Positions 1 to 8,884 of a stretch of DNA of 40,662 nt are shown piece by piece. This DNA is from Chthoniobacterales bacterium (GTDB taxonomy: Bacteria; Verrucomicrobiota; Verrucomicrobiia; Chthoniobacterales; UBA10450). The translations under genes were made by a program, and so were the position numbers. Numbering within the stretch: the stretch's first letter is position 1; each line of letters opens with the position of its first letter. The notes under the pieces were generated by a model that did no database searches, was not told the DNA's origin, and saw only the letters and a list, made by a program, of their open reading frames with translations. The stretch lies in contig DATMNS010000208.1 of NCBI GenBank assembly GCA_035568735.1, positions 1-40,662 on the forward strand, in the 5' to 3' direction.

Positions 1-2031
1 AGCCCAGTCGGCACGGACCGAATCCTGGTGCAAATCCCCGGGCTGGATCCGGCCAAGATCATCGAAGCGCGCCAGCAACTCTCCCGGGTCGCGAAGCTCG
101 AGTTCCGGCTGGTTTATCCGGATAATGGCGAACGCCTGCGCGCGATCGACGCCGGAACGGAAGTTATCCCGCCGGAATACCGGATTGAGACTTACAAGAT
201 GCAACAGGCCGAAGGCCAGAAGCCGGTCGAAGAGCGCCTTCTGGTGAAGAAAAAGGCCGACCTCGGCGGCGACCGCGTGACCGAATCCAACGCCTACTAC
301 GGGAACGAAGGGTGGACCGTGCAGTTGAAGTTTGACAGCGAAGGCGCGAAGAAATTCGGCCAGATCACGGAGGCGAATGTCGGGCACCGCTTCGCCATTG
401 TGCTCGATGGCGTGATCCAATCGGCGCCGAGTATTCGGACCGCCATCTATGGTGGTGACGCCATCATCACCGGCCATTTCGGCGAGCAGGAAGCGCGCGG
501 TCTTGCCAGCGTGCTCGAGAATCCACTCCAGACGCCGGTCAGCGTGGAGGAAGAGCGCAGCGTCTCGCCGACGCTCGGGCTCGATTCGATTCGGGCTAGT
601 ATTTTTGCCGGTCTCGTCGGCCTCGCGATCACGCTCGTGCTCGTGATGGCTTACTACAAATTCGCCGGCCTGATCGCGAACCTCGTTTTGATCGTGAACA
701 TCATCCTCCTGATGGGCGCGCTGACGATGTTCAACTTCGTCCTCACTCTTCCCGGCATCGCCGGCATCATCCTGACGATCGGCCTCGCGGTCGACGCGAG
801 CGTGCTGATTTATGAGCGATTGCGGGAAGAACTGGCCCTCGGCAAGTCGCTCAAGATCGCGGTCCAGACGGCTTACGAGAAGGCATTCTCGTCCATTCTC
901 GACGCCAACGTCACGACCCTAATCACGGCCGCGATTCTCTTCTGGAAAGCGAGCGGCCCGGTCAAGGGTTTCGCGATCTCGCTGACGCTCGGCATTCTCG
1001 CCTCGCTCTTCACGGCGCTGATCGTCGGCCGGAATCTTTTCAGCTGGTTTGTCGACACCGGAAAAGTGAAGCGCGTTTCGATGCTTCACCTCATCTCGTC
1101 GAAGAATATCAACTTTCTCGGCAAAGGTTTCATTGCCACGATGTGCTCGCTCGCCATGCTGATCGCGGGCGGGACCGCTTTCGTCATACGCGGCGATCGC
1201 AACTTCGGGGTCGACTTCAGGGGCGGCGACCTGCTCTCGCTGAGCGCGGCCAAGACGGTGCAGGTCGCCCAGATTCGCGAGGCACTGAAACCGATCCACC
1301 TCGACAACGAACCGATTCAGCAATCGCTCGAGGGCAACCGCAACTTCATCACGATTCGGAGCCCGATTAATACCAGCGACCAGGTTGCCAAAGCGATTAA
1401 GGAATACATCCCGAACGGGGAATTCAAGGTGGAGCGCGAGGAACGCGTCGGCGCCCTGGTCGGTGGCGAGCTGGCGAGAAATTCGCTTTGGGCGCTGGGC
1501 CTCGGCATTTTTGGGATCCTCATTTACGTCACTTTCCGGTTCGAGCTTTCCTTCGCTGTGGGTGCCATCGTCGCGCTGCTCCACGACGTCCTGATGACGG
1601 TGGGAGTCTTTTCGCTGATGGGCCGGGAGTTGACTTTGACGATGGTCGGCGCCGTCCTCACGATCGCCGGTTATTCGATTAACGATACGATCGTCGTTTA
1701 CGATCGAATTCGCGAAGGCTTGGCCAGTGGGCGACGCGGCTCGATCGAGCAAATCATGAACGAGAGCATCAACCAGACGCTCAGTCGCACCATCCTTACA
1801 AGCACCGTGACGCTAATCCCGATCCTGTGTCTCTTCTTATTTGGCGGCGCGGTGCTACGCGACTTTTCGCTCGCGATCATCATCGGCGTGGCGGTCGGAA
1901 CCTACTCGTCGGTTTTCATCGCTTCGCCGATCGTCCTTTGGTGGACGCGCGCCCGCGGCGGCAGTGCGAGCAGTTTGCGCCGCGAAGTGACTCAAAAAAG
2001 CGCGGTCACCAGTCCCTCGTCGGCCTCCTAA
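1..2031 (+). CDS. secDF: Protein translocase subunit SecDF (fused SecD-SecF); 5' end lies outside the window
   Basis: Frame 1 is open from base 1, so the listed GTG at 28 is internal. ...DRILVQIPGL matches the conserved SecD head motif. Two consecutive blocks of about 6 TM helices correspond to a SecD half and a SecF half. Stop TAA at 2029-2031. Confidence 0.9.
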   Translation, partial: SPVGTDRILVQIPGLDPAKIIEARQQLSRVAKLEFRLVYPDNGERLRAIDAGTEVIPPEYRIETYKMQQAEGQKPVEERLLVKKKADLGGDRVTESNAYYGNEGWTVQLKFDSEGAKKFGQITEANVGHRFAIVLDGVIQSAPSIRTAIYGGDAIITGHFGEQEARGLASVLENPLQTPVSVEEERSVSPTLGLDSIRASIFAGLVGLAITLVLVMAYYKFAGLIANLVLIVNIILLMGALTMFNFVLTLPGIAGIILTIGLAVDASVLIYERLREELALGKSLKIAVQTAYEKAFSSILDANVTTLITAAILFWKASGPVKGFAISLTLGILASLFTALIVGRNLFSWFVDTGKVKRVSMLHLISSKNINFLGKGFIATMCSLAMLIAGGTAFVIRGDRNFGVDFRGGDLLSLSAAKTVQVAQIREALKPIHLDNEPIQQSLEGNRNFITIRSPINTSDQVAKAIKEYIPNGEFKVEREERVGALVGGELARNSLWALGLGIFGILIYVTFRFELSFAVGAIVALLHDVLMTVGVFSLMGRELTLTMVGAVLTIAGYSINDTIVVYDRIREGLASGRRGSIEQIMNESINQTLSRTILTSTVTLIPILCLFLFGGAVLRDFSLAIIIGVAVGTYSSVFIASPIVLWWTRARGGSASSLRREVTQKSAVTSPSSAS

Positions 2032-2039
2032 ACCCGGAG

Positions 2040-2068
2040 TTGACGCTGCGGGAACCGAGCCTTAGGAT
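2040..2068 (+). promoter_or_regulatory. Sigma70-like promoter candidate for rpsU (TTGACG - 17 nt - TAGGAT)
   Basis: TTGACG at 2040-2045, a 17-nt spacer, then TAGGAT at 2063-2068. AGGAG Shine-Dalgarno at 2110-2114, 10 nt before the ATG at 2125. Confidence 0.4.
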
Positions 2069-2124
2069 CGCACGCCAATCAGCGGGGAAGCTTTGGATTT
2101 AACAGGATTAGGAGAAATAATCGC

Positions 2125-2322
2125 ATGCCAGAAGTGATCGTTCGTAAGGGTGAGCCGGTGGACCGAGCCTTGAAGCGGCTTAAGAACAAGCTGGACGCGG
2201 AAGGCATTTTGGAAGAAGTGCGCCGGCTGCGCGCCTTCGAAACGCCCTCACAAAAGACCCGTCGCAAGGCGAAAGCCAATGCCAAGCGCGGGCGCGCCAA
2301 GTTCCGTTTCAATCCATCGTAA
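2125..2322 (+). CDS. rpsU: 30S ribosomal protein S21
   Basis: 65 aa, MPEVIVRKGEPVDRALKRLKNKL...RRKAKANAKRGRAKF, typical S21 sequence and size. Strong SD upstream. Confidence 0.95.
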   Translation: MPEVIVRKGEPVDRALKRLKNKLDAEGILEEVRRLRAFETPSQKTRRKAKANAKRGRAKFRFNPS

Positions 2323-2489
2323 ACAGCTCGCCGATAGACTTCTAGACGCTTCGATCTGCGAAGCGCAAGGGTGGCCGTCGCTGCTCTTGTTGGCCCCGTC
2401 CATTCGACGCTTACTCGCGGCAGTCCTCGAGCGATTGGGGTCGGGTCGGCAATCGAACGTTTTCCCCCTAGTTTCGCAGCGCGAAACGT

Positions 2490-4076
2490 CTACATATCGC
2501 ACTCGCAGACAATCCGAAAGCCCAGGTCGTTGCACGAGTAATTGGGGGCGTTGGCACCCCGCGTGGTCGCGCGCAGGCTGTGGAAGCGTGATTTCCAGCT
2601 TCCGCCCCGGTAAATCCGCTTTGAACCTGAGACCGCTCCCCGGGGATTGATTTTTGGAGTTCCGCGATAGCCTTCCATGAAATCGAGGCACCATTCCCAG
2701 ACGTTCCCAGCCATGTCCTCTATCCCGAAAGGACTCGAACCCAAGGGATAGGCCCCGACTGGCGAGGTCTCGGCGTGGCCGTCGTCGATCTCGCGGTCGC
2801 TCCAGGCGAAAGTGGTGTTGCGATCGGCGAAATTCGCCAAGTTGCCCCTCCCTTCGTGGTTGCCCCATGGATATTTGCGACCGTCGCTGCCGCGAGCAGC
2901 GTATTCCCATTCAGCTTCCGTCGGCAGCCGGTAGCGGCGACGTTCCCGCACGCTAAGCCATTGGCAAAATTTCATCGCGTCGCCGCTGCTCACATAAACC
3001 ACCGGATGCCGGTCACCTGTGCGGGCCATACGTTTGCGCGCGTGACTCGGATCAAACATCTCGTATTGCGCGTTGGTGATGAGATGCCGGGAGAGATAAT
3101 AGCGGGTCAGCGTCACCTGCGTTATCGGGCGCTCGTTAGGCGCAGCATCGGCGGCTTCGCTGCCCATTTTGAAGACACCCGACGGCACAAGGAATATTTC
3201 AGCGCCGATCGTGTTAACGAAATTGGAATATTTGGCCCGCTCCGCGTTCGGATCGATGACGGCTGGCGCGGACAGAGTCGGCGCCGTTGAGGCCGGGACT
3301 GGCTCCGGTTTCGGAGCGACGACTCCCGGGACCGCCTTGGTCGCTGGCAAAGCGGCCTGCCCTTCGATTTCCTCGAGGTAACGATCGACCATGTCCTCGG
3401 CGTCGCCTGGTTCGATGCCGAGATTTTCCGCCATGTTCACGAAGGCGTCGCGTTGATCGTCCGTCATCTCATCGGAGCCCAGACCACTGAGCCGGAGCAT
3501 CCGCATAAAATCGTCTTCCGGATTGAGCGCCGGTCGATTGTTCCCTGCGGCCGCTGTTTCCTCCACCGAGGGCCGGCTGAGGCGCGCCCCACCGCAGGCG
3601 AGCAGCTCAGCCTCGATCAACTCCATCATGCGCTCGTCCGCCAGGTCCTGCTCCCGACCAAACTCCAACAAGGTTTGCTCTTCCTGCGGAGTGAGGGTCT
3701 TGTCATTCAGGGCAAAAGCCAAGTACTTGTTGAATTCGGTGATCGCCTGCTCTTGCGCCTGGGCAGCCAGTTCGTCATCCACCTTTTGCCGGCGCTCGGG
3801 GTTGAGCAACTCGACGCGGGCTTCCGTGAGGAAGCGCGATGAGTCTTCGAGCCCGGAGCGCAATAACTGCGCGAGCGGGTTGCTCGGTTGATTCTTAAGC
3901 GGCAGCTTCTTTTGCCACCACAGAACCAGATGGCGAAAGCGCTCTTCGATCAGCTCGTTGCTCGGATTGGTGCTCGGATCGAGGCAGAGCCGCTCGTACA
4001 AATCTGGCGAATCGTAACGGCTCCAGCCGTCCCACTTCCTCGGGTCATCCGGTAAAGGAATCGGGAAGCTGACCAT
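2490..4076 (-). CDS. J-domain-like (no HPD) N-terminus fused to a C-terminal FGE-sulfatase (SUMF1/EgtB/PvdO-type) domain
   Basis: 528 aa with ATG at 4076, 12 nt after the Hsp70 stop. The N-terminus DLYERLCLDPSTNPSNELIEERFRHLVLWWQKK resembles J-domain helices I-II but has no HPD. The C-terminus ...YRLPTEAEWEYAARG...WGN...NVWEWC...RGGSW...DLGFRIV is a typical FGE-sulfatase fold signature. Confidence 0.85.
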   Translation of the reverse strand: MVSFPIPLPDDPRKWDGWSRYDSPDLYERLCLDPSTNPSNELIEERFRHLVLWWQKKLPLKNQPSNPLAQLLRSGLEDSSRFLTEARVELLNPERRQKVDDELAAQAQEQAITEFNKYLAFALNDKTLTPQEEQTLLEFGREQDLADERMMELIEAELLACGGARLSRPSVEETAAAGNNRPALNPEDDFMRMLRLSGLGSDEMTDDQRDAFVNMAENLGIEPGDAEDMVDRYLEEIEGQAALPATKAVPGVVAPKPEPVPASTAPTLSAPAVIDPNAERAKYSNFVNTIGAEIFLVPSGVFKMGSEAADAAPNERPITQVTLTRYYLSRHLITNAQYEMFDPSHARKRMARTGDRHPVVYVSSGDAMKFCQWLSVRERRRYRLPTEAEWEYAARGSDGRKYPWGNHEGRGNLANFADRNTTFAWSDREIDDGHAETSPVGAYPLGSSPFGIEDMAGNVWEWCLDFMEGYRGTPKINPRGAVSGSKRIYRGGSWKSRFHSLRATTRGANAPNYSCNDLGFRIVCECDM

Positions 4077-4088
4077 CCGCGTGATCGC

Positions 4089-5651
4089 TTAAGCGACGAT
4101 TAATTGGCCGAGCGCGACCGTCGCACGATCCAATTCTTCCGCGGTCAGACCGGTCTTCCGTTCGATCGAGACCGAGGCACAGTTGCCGGCCGCCTCGACT
4201 TCGACCTCGAGCACCTGATTGGCGTTGTATTCGTAGGTCAACTCTACCGGCGAGCCCTTGGGCAGGAAGGGCGGGAGCGCGACGTCACAAATCCCGAGCG
4301 GCGTGCATTCCGCCGGCAATGTGCTTTCGCCTTCCACAATCCGAACGATCGCCCGCTGCATGTTGGCCGTGGCGGTACCGAACGAATTCTTCGCCTCGGC
4401 CGGCATCGGAGTCATCTTCTTGATCATCGGGAAAACGTATTCCTCCAGTTGGGTCTCATCCCAAAGAACGACCCCGAGGGTGTGCGAAGTAATGTTGCGC
4501 ACTTGGATAAGCCCGCCGTCACGCGAAGAGAATTGCTGGCGGGTTTCCGCCGGCAGCATTTTTTCGCCGGTCGCATCTTCTTCGTTCAGGAGTGACAGGA
4601 CCGCTTGGATGGCCGCGCCGACCGCGACGGCTTCGTCCGGATTCACATCCTCGGCCAGCGGAACGGAAGAGAGTCCGGCGATCATCGCCCGCACCATCGG
4701 CATGCGCGTCATGCCACCGACGAGCAGAATCTTGTTCATTTCAGTCCATTGCATCTCCGCCTCGGCCATCACGATTTCGCAGATCGCCTTGCACTTCTCG
4801 ACGAGGTGTCGGGTGATCTCTTCGAATTTTTCCCGGGTCAATTCCAGCCGGATGCTCTTGCCATTATGGGTGTGCACGATCGTTGTTCGTTCGCGGCTGG
4901 AGAGCTGAATTTTCGCGGATAAGGCCCGGCTTTGAAGGTCCTGATAGCTTTGCAGGTCGAGCAACGGGTTCTCACCATGTGCGCGATCGAATTCTTCCGC
5001 GACGTAGTTGACGATGACATCGTCCCAATCCTTGCCACCGAGCCGATGGTCGCCATTGGTGGCCACCATCTCGAGGCGATGTCCCTCGATCCGCATGACC
5101 GTGACGTCGAAGGTGCCGCCGCCAAGATCGAAGACGAAAACGGTTTGGTCCTCGTCCAGTTTGTCGAGACCGTAAGCGAGCGCCGCGGCGGTTGGCTCGT
5201 TGATGATTTGCAAGACGTTGAGGCCGGCCAGTCGACCGGCCGTGATTGTCGCGGTGCGCTCGGCATCGTTGAAATAGGCCGGCACGGTGATGACCGCATC
5301 GGTCACCGGAGTCTTGAGGTATTTCTCGGCATCCGATTTGAGCTTTTTCAGGATGAGCGCCGAGAGTTCTTCGGCCGAATAAGCAACCCCGCTGAACTCG
5401 CGACGAAATTGTTCCTTCGCTTTGCCGATCTCGCGCTTCACGAAATCGACTATTTTCTCCGGCTCCGCGACGGTGTTATTTTTCGCAATCGTCCCCACAA
5501 TCGCATTGCTCCCGTCGAACAGGACGACGGAAGGAGTGATTCGTTCGCTTTCGGAGTTGGGAATGATCTGCGGTTTTCCGTAGGCGTCGATGTGCGCCAC
5601 GGCCGAGAAGGTGGTGCCGAGATCGATGCCAACTGCTTTGCGATTACTCAT
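4089..5651 (-). CDS. Hsp70 family protein (short, non-canonical DnaK paralogue lacking the long C-terminal lid)
   Basis: GIDLGTTFSAVA and VFDLGGGTFDVTVM are Hsp70 ATPase motifs. I prefer the ATG at 5651 (MSNRKAVGIDLGTT) with AAGAGG upstream over the longer ORF start at 5702. About 520 aa versus about 640 for DnaK. Confidence 0.9.
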   Translation of the reverse strand: MSNRKAVGIDLGTTFSAVAHIDAYGKPQIIPNSESERITPSVVLFDGSNAIVGTIAKNNTVAEPEKIVDFVKREIGKAKEQFRREFSGVAYSAEELSALILKKLKSDAEKYLKTPVTDAVITVPAYFNDAERTATITAGRLAGLNVLQIINEPTAAALAYGLDKLDEDQTVFVFDLGGGTFDVTVMRIEGHRLEMVATNGDHRLGGKDWDDVIVNYVAEEFDRAHGENPLLDLQSYQDLQSRALSAKIQLSSRERTTIVHTHNGKSIRLELTREKFEEITRHLVEKCKAICEIVMAEAEMQWTEMNKILLVGGMTRMPMVRAMIAGLSSVPLAEDVNPDEAVAVGAAIQAVLSLLNEEDATGEKMLPAETRQQFSSRDGGLIQVRNITSHTLGVVLWDETQLEEYVFPMIKKMTPMPAEAKNSFGTATANMQRAIVRIVEGESTLPAECTPLGICDVALPPFLPKGSPVELTYEYNANQVLEVEVEAAGNCASVSIERKTGLTAEELDRATVALGQLIVA

Positions 5652-5774
5652 ATTTTGAAAGCCTCTTTTGCGCTCTTTTGACTGGAATAGCCACTCCCCC
5701 AAATGCAGTTTTCATGCCTCAGCCGCTGGTTATCGCAGAGGGTTTCGCTCCGCGGGCGCCCATCGCGCCCGCTG

Positions 5775-6458
5775 CTACTGGAATCGCTTGGCGATCACTT
5801 CCTCCGGACGAAGGATCCGATCGTGCCAGGTGAAGCCGGTCCTCACCCGCCTAACGATACGCCCATCTTCCTCAGGGCTTTCCGCCGCCTCATAACTGGT
5901 GACCCGATGGAGGGTCCGATCGACCGTCTCTTTTTGCTCGATTTCATTCACCTCGAGGCGATGCAGGATTTCGAGCAGAAAATGAAGGGTGTTTTTCAGG
6001 TTGTCATGTGACTGCCCGCTCCCGCCGCGCGCGTCGGTGCCCGGAGGACAGTCCCCGAACTGCCCGACGATCGCGCTGAGGTCATCGAACAAAATAAGGA
6101 GATCGCGAATGAACGGCTTCTGGAGGGATTCGCGGACGAAATTATCGCGGTAGCTGATAAGCTCTTTGTGCAGCGAATCGAACAACTTTTGATTAACCGT
6201 CTCGGTGTCCCGAATCGCGGCGAGCTGTTCCTCGAGTTTCTGGAATTGTAGCGCCTCCAATTTCCGCGAAAACGAGCCTTCCAGCACTTCGATCCGCCGA
6301 CTCAGGAATTGCACCGCGCGGGTCAGCTCCGAAATCTCGCCACCGGATGCGCTGGGGACCCGCGCGTCCTCCTGGGCCGACGGGGAGGTCGCGGCCTGCG
6401 CGCTCAACTGCTGCATCACGACCGCGAAGTCAGCCTCGATCTCAAATGCCTGGCTCAT
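5775..6458 (-). CDS. GrpE-like nucleotide exchange factor
   Basis: 227 aa with a coiled-coil N-half and a C-terminus ...HRVTSYEAAE..EDGRIVRRVRTGFTWHDRILRPEEVIAK that resembles the GrpE beta-domain. ATG at 6458 lies 7 nt after the cobA/hemD stop. Adjacent to the Hsp70 gene. Confidence 0.75.
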   Translation of the reverse strand: MSQAFEIEADFAVVMQQLSAQAATSPSAQEDARVPSASGGEISELTRAVQFLSRRIEVLEGSFSRKLEALQFQKLEEQLAAIRDTETVNQKLFDSLHKELISYRDNFVRESLQKPFIRDLLILFDDLSAIVGQFGDCPPGTDARGGSGQSHDNLKNTLHFLLEILHRLEVNEIEQKETVDRTLHRVTSYEAAESPEEDGRIVRRVRTGFTWHDRILRPEEVIAKRFQ

Positions 6459-6465
6459 TCCCGGG

Positions 6466-7989
6466 TCAGTGCTTTTTGAAATAGCGGCAGATCGCCTCGG
6501 TCAGCCCGGGAATATCGTGGCGAGCGGCCTCCACCTCGACGGTCAGTCCGTGGTCGCTGGCGGTTTGCGATGTGATTGGACCGATGCTCGCAACCTGCAT
6601 CCCCTGTGGCCAGGGCAAACCAAGGGCGAGAAAGTTTTCGACCGTCGATGAGCTTGTAAAGGTGATCATATCCGCGCCTTCCGCCGCCAACCGCGATCGC
6701 GCTGCCGTCCGATCGCTCGTCTCCGGCACCGTTTTGTAGGTAAATGCAACATCGACGATGGCCCCCAGGGCGACGAGCTTCTTTGGTAGCAGGTCCCGCG
6801 CCTCTTCCGCCCGCGCGATCAGAATCCGAAAGTTTTCCATGTCGCCCTCCTTCTTGAATGCGGCCACCACCGCCTCGGCCACAAACTCCTCCGGTTGCAA
6901 ATCCACTTTCAAGTGAAACTCGCGCACCCGCTGTGCCGTTGCCGGCCCGATGGCCGCGATCCGCGCACCTCCGATTTCGCGCGCGTCGTCGTAGAGCTTG
7001 TAAAACATCTCGAAAAATGCGCTCACCCCATTCGCGCTCGTAAAGACGATCCAATCGTAGGAATGCGCATCCTGCACCAGTTCGGCGAAGCCGCGGAGGT
7101 CGCTCGGCGGATCGATGCGGATGGTCGGCAATTCGATCACCTCGGCCCCAAGATTGCGCAGACCCTTGCTCAACGCGCCGGCCTGTTTCCGGGTGCGCGT
7201 CACCACGATACGCTTCCCGGAAAGCGGCCGCTCCTCCTGCCACCGCAACTCTTTGCCCAACGAGACGACTTCGCCGAAAACGGCCACCCCTGGAGGCGCA
7301 AAGCCTTCCTCCGCCACCCGCTGGGCGATATTTTGCAGCGTACCGCGGACCACTTGCTGCCGGCCGGTTGTTCCCCAGCGCACGAGCGCGACCGGCATAT
7401 CCGGGCGAACACCGTGACTCATCATTTGTTGCGCGATACCTTCGATCCTCTCCACCCCCATCAGCATCACCTGGGTACCGCCGAGTTGCGCCAGCGCCGC
7501 GAAATCGATCGAGCTCTCCGATTTCTCCGGGTCTTCGTGGCCGGTGAAAAACGTCACGTGCGAAGCGAGCCCGCGATGCGTTACCGGGATGCCCGCGTAG
7601 GCCGGCGCCGCGATGGCGGAGGTGACTCCCGGGACGACTTCGAAAGGAATCGAGGCCGCCGCGAGGGCCTGCGCCTCTTCGCCGCCGCGGCCGAACAAGA
7701 AAGGATCGCCGCCTTTCAGCCTAACGACCTGCTTCCCGGCCCGCGCTTTTTCGACCAGCAGTTGGTTGATTTCATCCTGCTCCAGGGTGTGCGCGCCGGC
7801 CTGTTTTCCGGCGTAAATTATTTCCACCGCTTCCGGCGCCCACTGCAGCATCTCCGGGTTGCAGAGGTAATCGTAAACCACCACTTCCGCCCGCTCGATC
7901 ACTTCCCTGGCGCGCAAGGTGACCAGTCCCAGATCGCCCGGTCCCGCGCCGACCAGATAACACCGTCCCAGTTTTTTCTTATCCGCCAT
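6466..7989 (-). CDS. cobA/hemD: Uroporphyrinogen-III C-methyltransferase / uroporphyrinogen-III synthase fusion
   Basis: N-terminal YLVGAGPGDLGLVTLRA...VVRLKGGDPFLFGRGGEE is the SUMT signature. The C-terminal ~250 aa are HemD-like (RIVVTR...). 507 aa. Sits in a haem operon context. Confidence 0.9.
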   Translation of the reverse strand: MADKKKLGRCYLVGAGPGDLGLVTLRAREVIERAEVVVYDYLCNPEMLQWAPEAVEIIYAGKQAGAHTLEQDEINQLLVEKARAGKQVVRLKGGDPFLFGRGGEEAQALAAASIPFEVVPGVTSAIAAPAYAGIPVTHRGLASHVTFFTGHEDPEKSESSIDFAALAQLGGTQVMLMGVERIEGIAQQMMSHGVRPDMPVALVRWGTTGRQQVVRGTLQNIAQRVAEEGFAPPGVAVFGEVVSLGKELRWQEERPLSGKRIVVTRTRKQAGALSKGLRNLGAEVIELPTIRIDPPSDLRGFAELVQDAHSYDWIVFTSANGVSAFFEMFYKLYDDAREIGGARIAAIGPATAQRVREFHLKVDLQPEEFVAEAVVAAFKKEGDMENFRILIARAEEARDLLPKKLVALGAIVDVAFTYKTVPETSDRTAARSRLAAEGADMITFTSSSTVENFLALGLPWPQGMQVASIGPITSQTASDHGLTVEVEAARHDIPGLTEAICRYFKKH

Positions 7990-8884
7990 AAAGTTGCTTC
8001 ATTAGTTGGGCCGCGATCGCTTCCGGATCTGCGGCCGAACCGGTTGTCGTGCCAACGCGCGGCGCGGCCGTTTGCCCCTCAAAAATCTGCGCCCGCAATA
8101 CCAGTTCACCTTCGTTTAACAGCGCCTGAACACCCACCGGCGAATCGCAGTCGCCCCCGAGCAGGCGCAGGAATTCTCGCTCGGCCCGCAGGCAAGTGAG
8201 CGTCGCTCGATCGTTCACCGGGTCAATCCAACGCCGCGTCTTCGCATCGGCGCGCCGCACTTGCAGCGCGATCACGCCCTGACCGCCCGCCGGGACAAAA
8301 TCGTCCGGTGACAGAATTTCGCCCTGCACCGCGAGCCCGAGCCGCTCCAGACCGACCCGCGCCAGAATAACTCCGCTCCAGCTCTCGTTCTCGCGCAACT
8401 TGCGCAACCGGGTCGGTACGTTGCCGCGTAAATCGGCGGTTTGCAGGTCGGGCCGTTTCCAGACCAGTTGATGCTGACGCCGGACGCTGCCCGTGGCAAT
8501 CACGCTGCCCGCCGGAATGGTCGCCAGGCCATCTCCGGTTTTCGTGATCAGGACATCTTCCGCTGCGCCGCGGGGTGGCGTCGCCCCCAGTTCCAACTCC
8601 TCGCGCGGTTCGCTTGGCAAATCTTTCGCGCTATGCACCGCGACGTCGATTCGCCTAACGAGAAGGGCCTGCTCGATCTCACGCGTAAACATTCCTTTGC
8701 GCCCGGCTTTGCGGTCCGCCAACAATTCGGTTTTCGGCTCCTCGTCGCCTCTGGTCCGGATCACCTCGATCGCTACTTCCAGTTCGGGCCAGGCGGCCTG
8801 CAATGCCCGCTCCACCAGACGCGTTTGCGCCAGCGCGAGATCGCTGCCGCGCGACCCGAGGATTATCCTGCCCGGCGCGCCCAC
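7979..8884 (-). CDS. hemC: Hydroxymethylbilane synthase (porphobilinogen deaminase)
   Basis: ILGSRGSDLALAQT...RGNVPTRLRKL... are typical HemC motifs. GTG start immediately follows the hemA stop (TGAGTG). 11-nt overlap with the cobA/hemD start. Confidence 0.9.
   Translation of the reverse strand: MGAPGRIILGSRGSDLALAQTRLVERALQAAWPELEVAIEVIRTRGDEEPKTELLADRKAGRKGMFTREIEQALLVRRIDVAVHSAKDLPSEPREELELGATPPRGAAEDVLITKTGDGLATIPAGSVIATGSVRRQHQLVWKRPDLQTADLRGNVPTRLRKLRENESWSGVILARVGLERLGLAVQGEILSPDDFVPAGGQGVIALQVRRADAKTRRWIDPVNDRATLTCLRAEREFLRLLGGDCDSPVGVQALLNEGELVLRAQIFEGQTAAPRVGTTTGSAADPEAIAAQLMKQLYGG

Noticed and set aside
1-3132. No exact 9-mer copies in the first 3.1 kb (secDF, rpsU)
   Set aside because: At about 0.7 copies/kb, a 3-kb gap has roughly a 10% chance of occurring by accident, so it is not significant.
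6895-8199. 434-aa + strand ORF, with similar long ORFs at 919-1752(-), 8493-9539(+), 9164-10087(+), 17365-18717(-), 19524-20351(-), 21214-22299(-) and 30755-32080(-)
   Set aside because: Each lies antisense to or out of frame with a gene that has clear family motifs (cobA/hemD-hemC, secDF, hemA, permease, smc, ald). Their products are Arg/Pro/Gly/Ala-rich low-complexity sequences, typical of shadow ORFs in GC-rich DNA.
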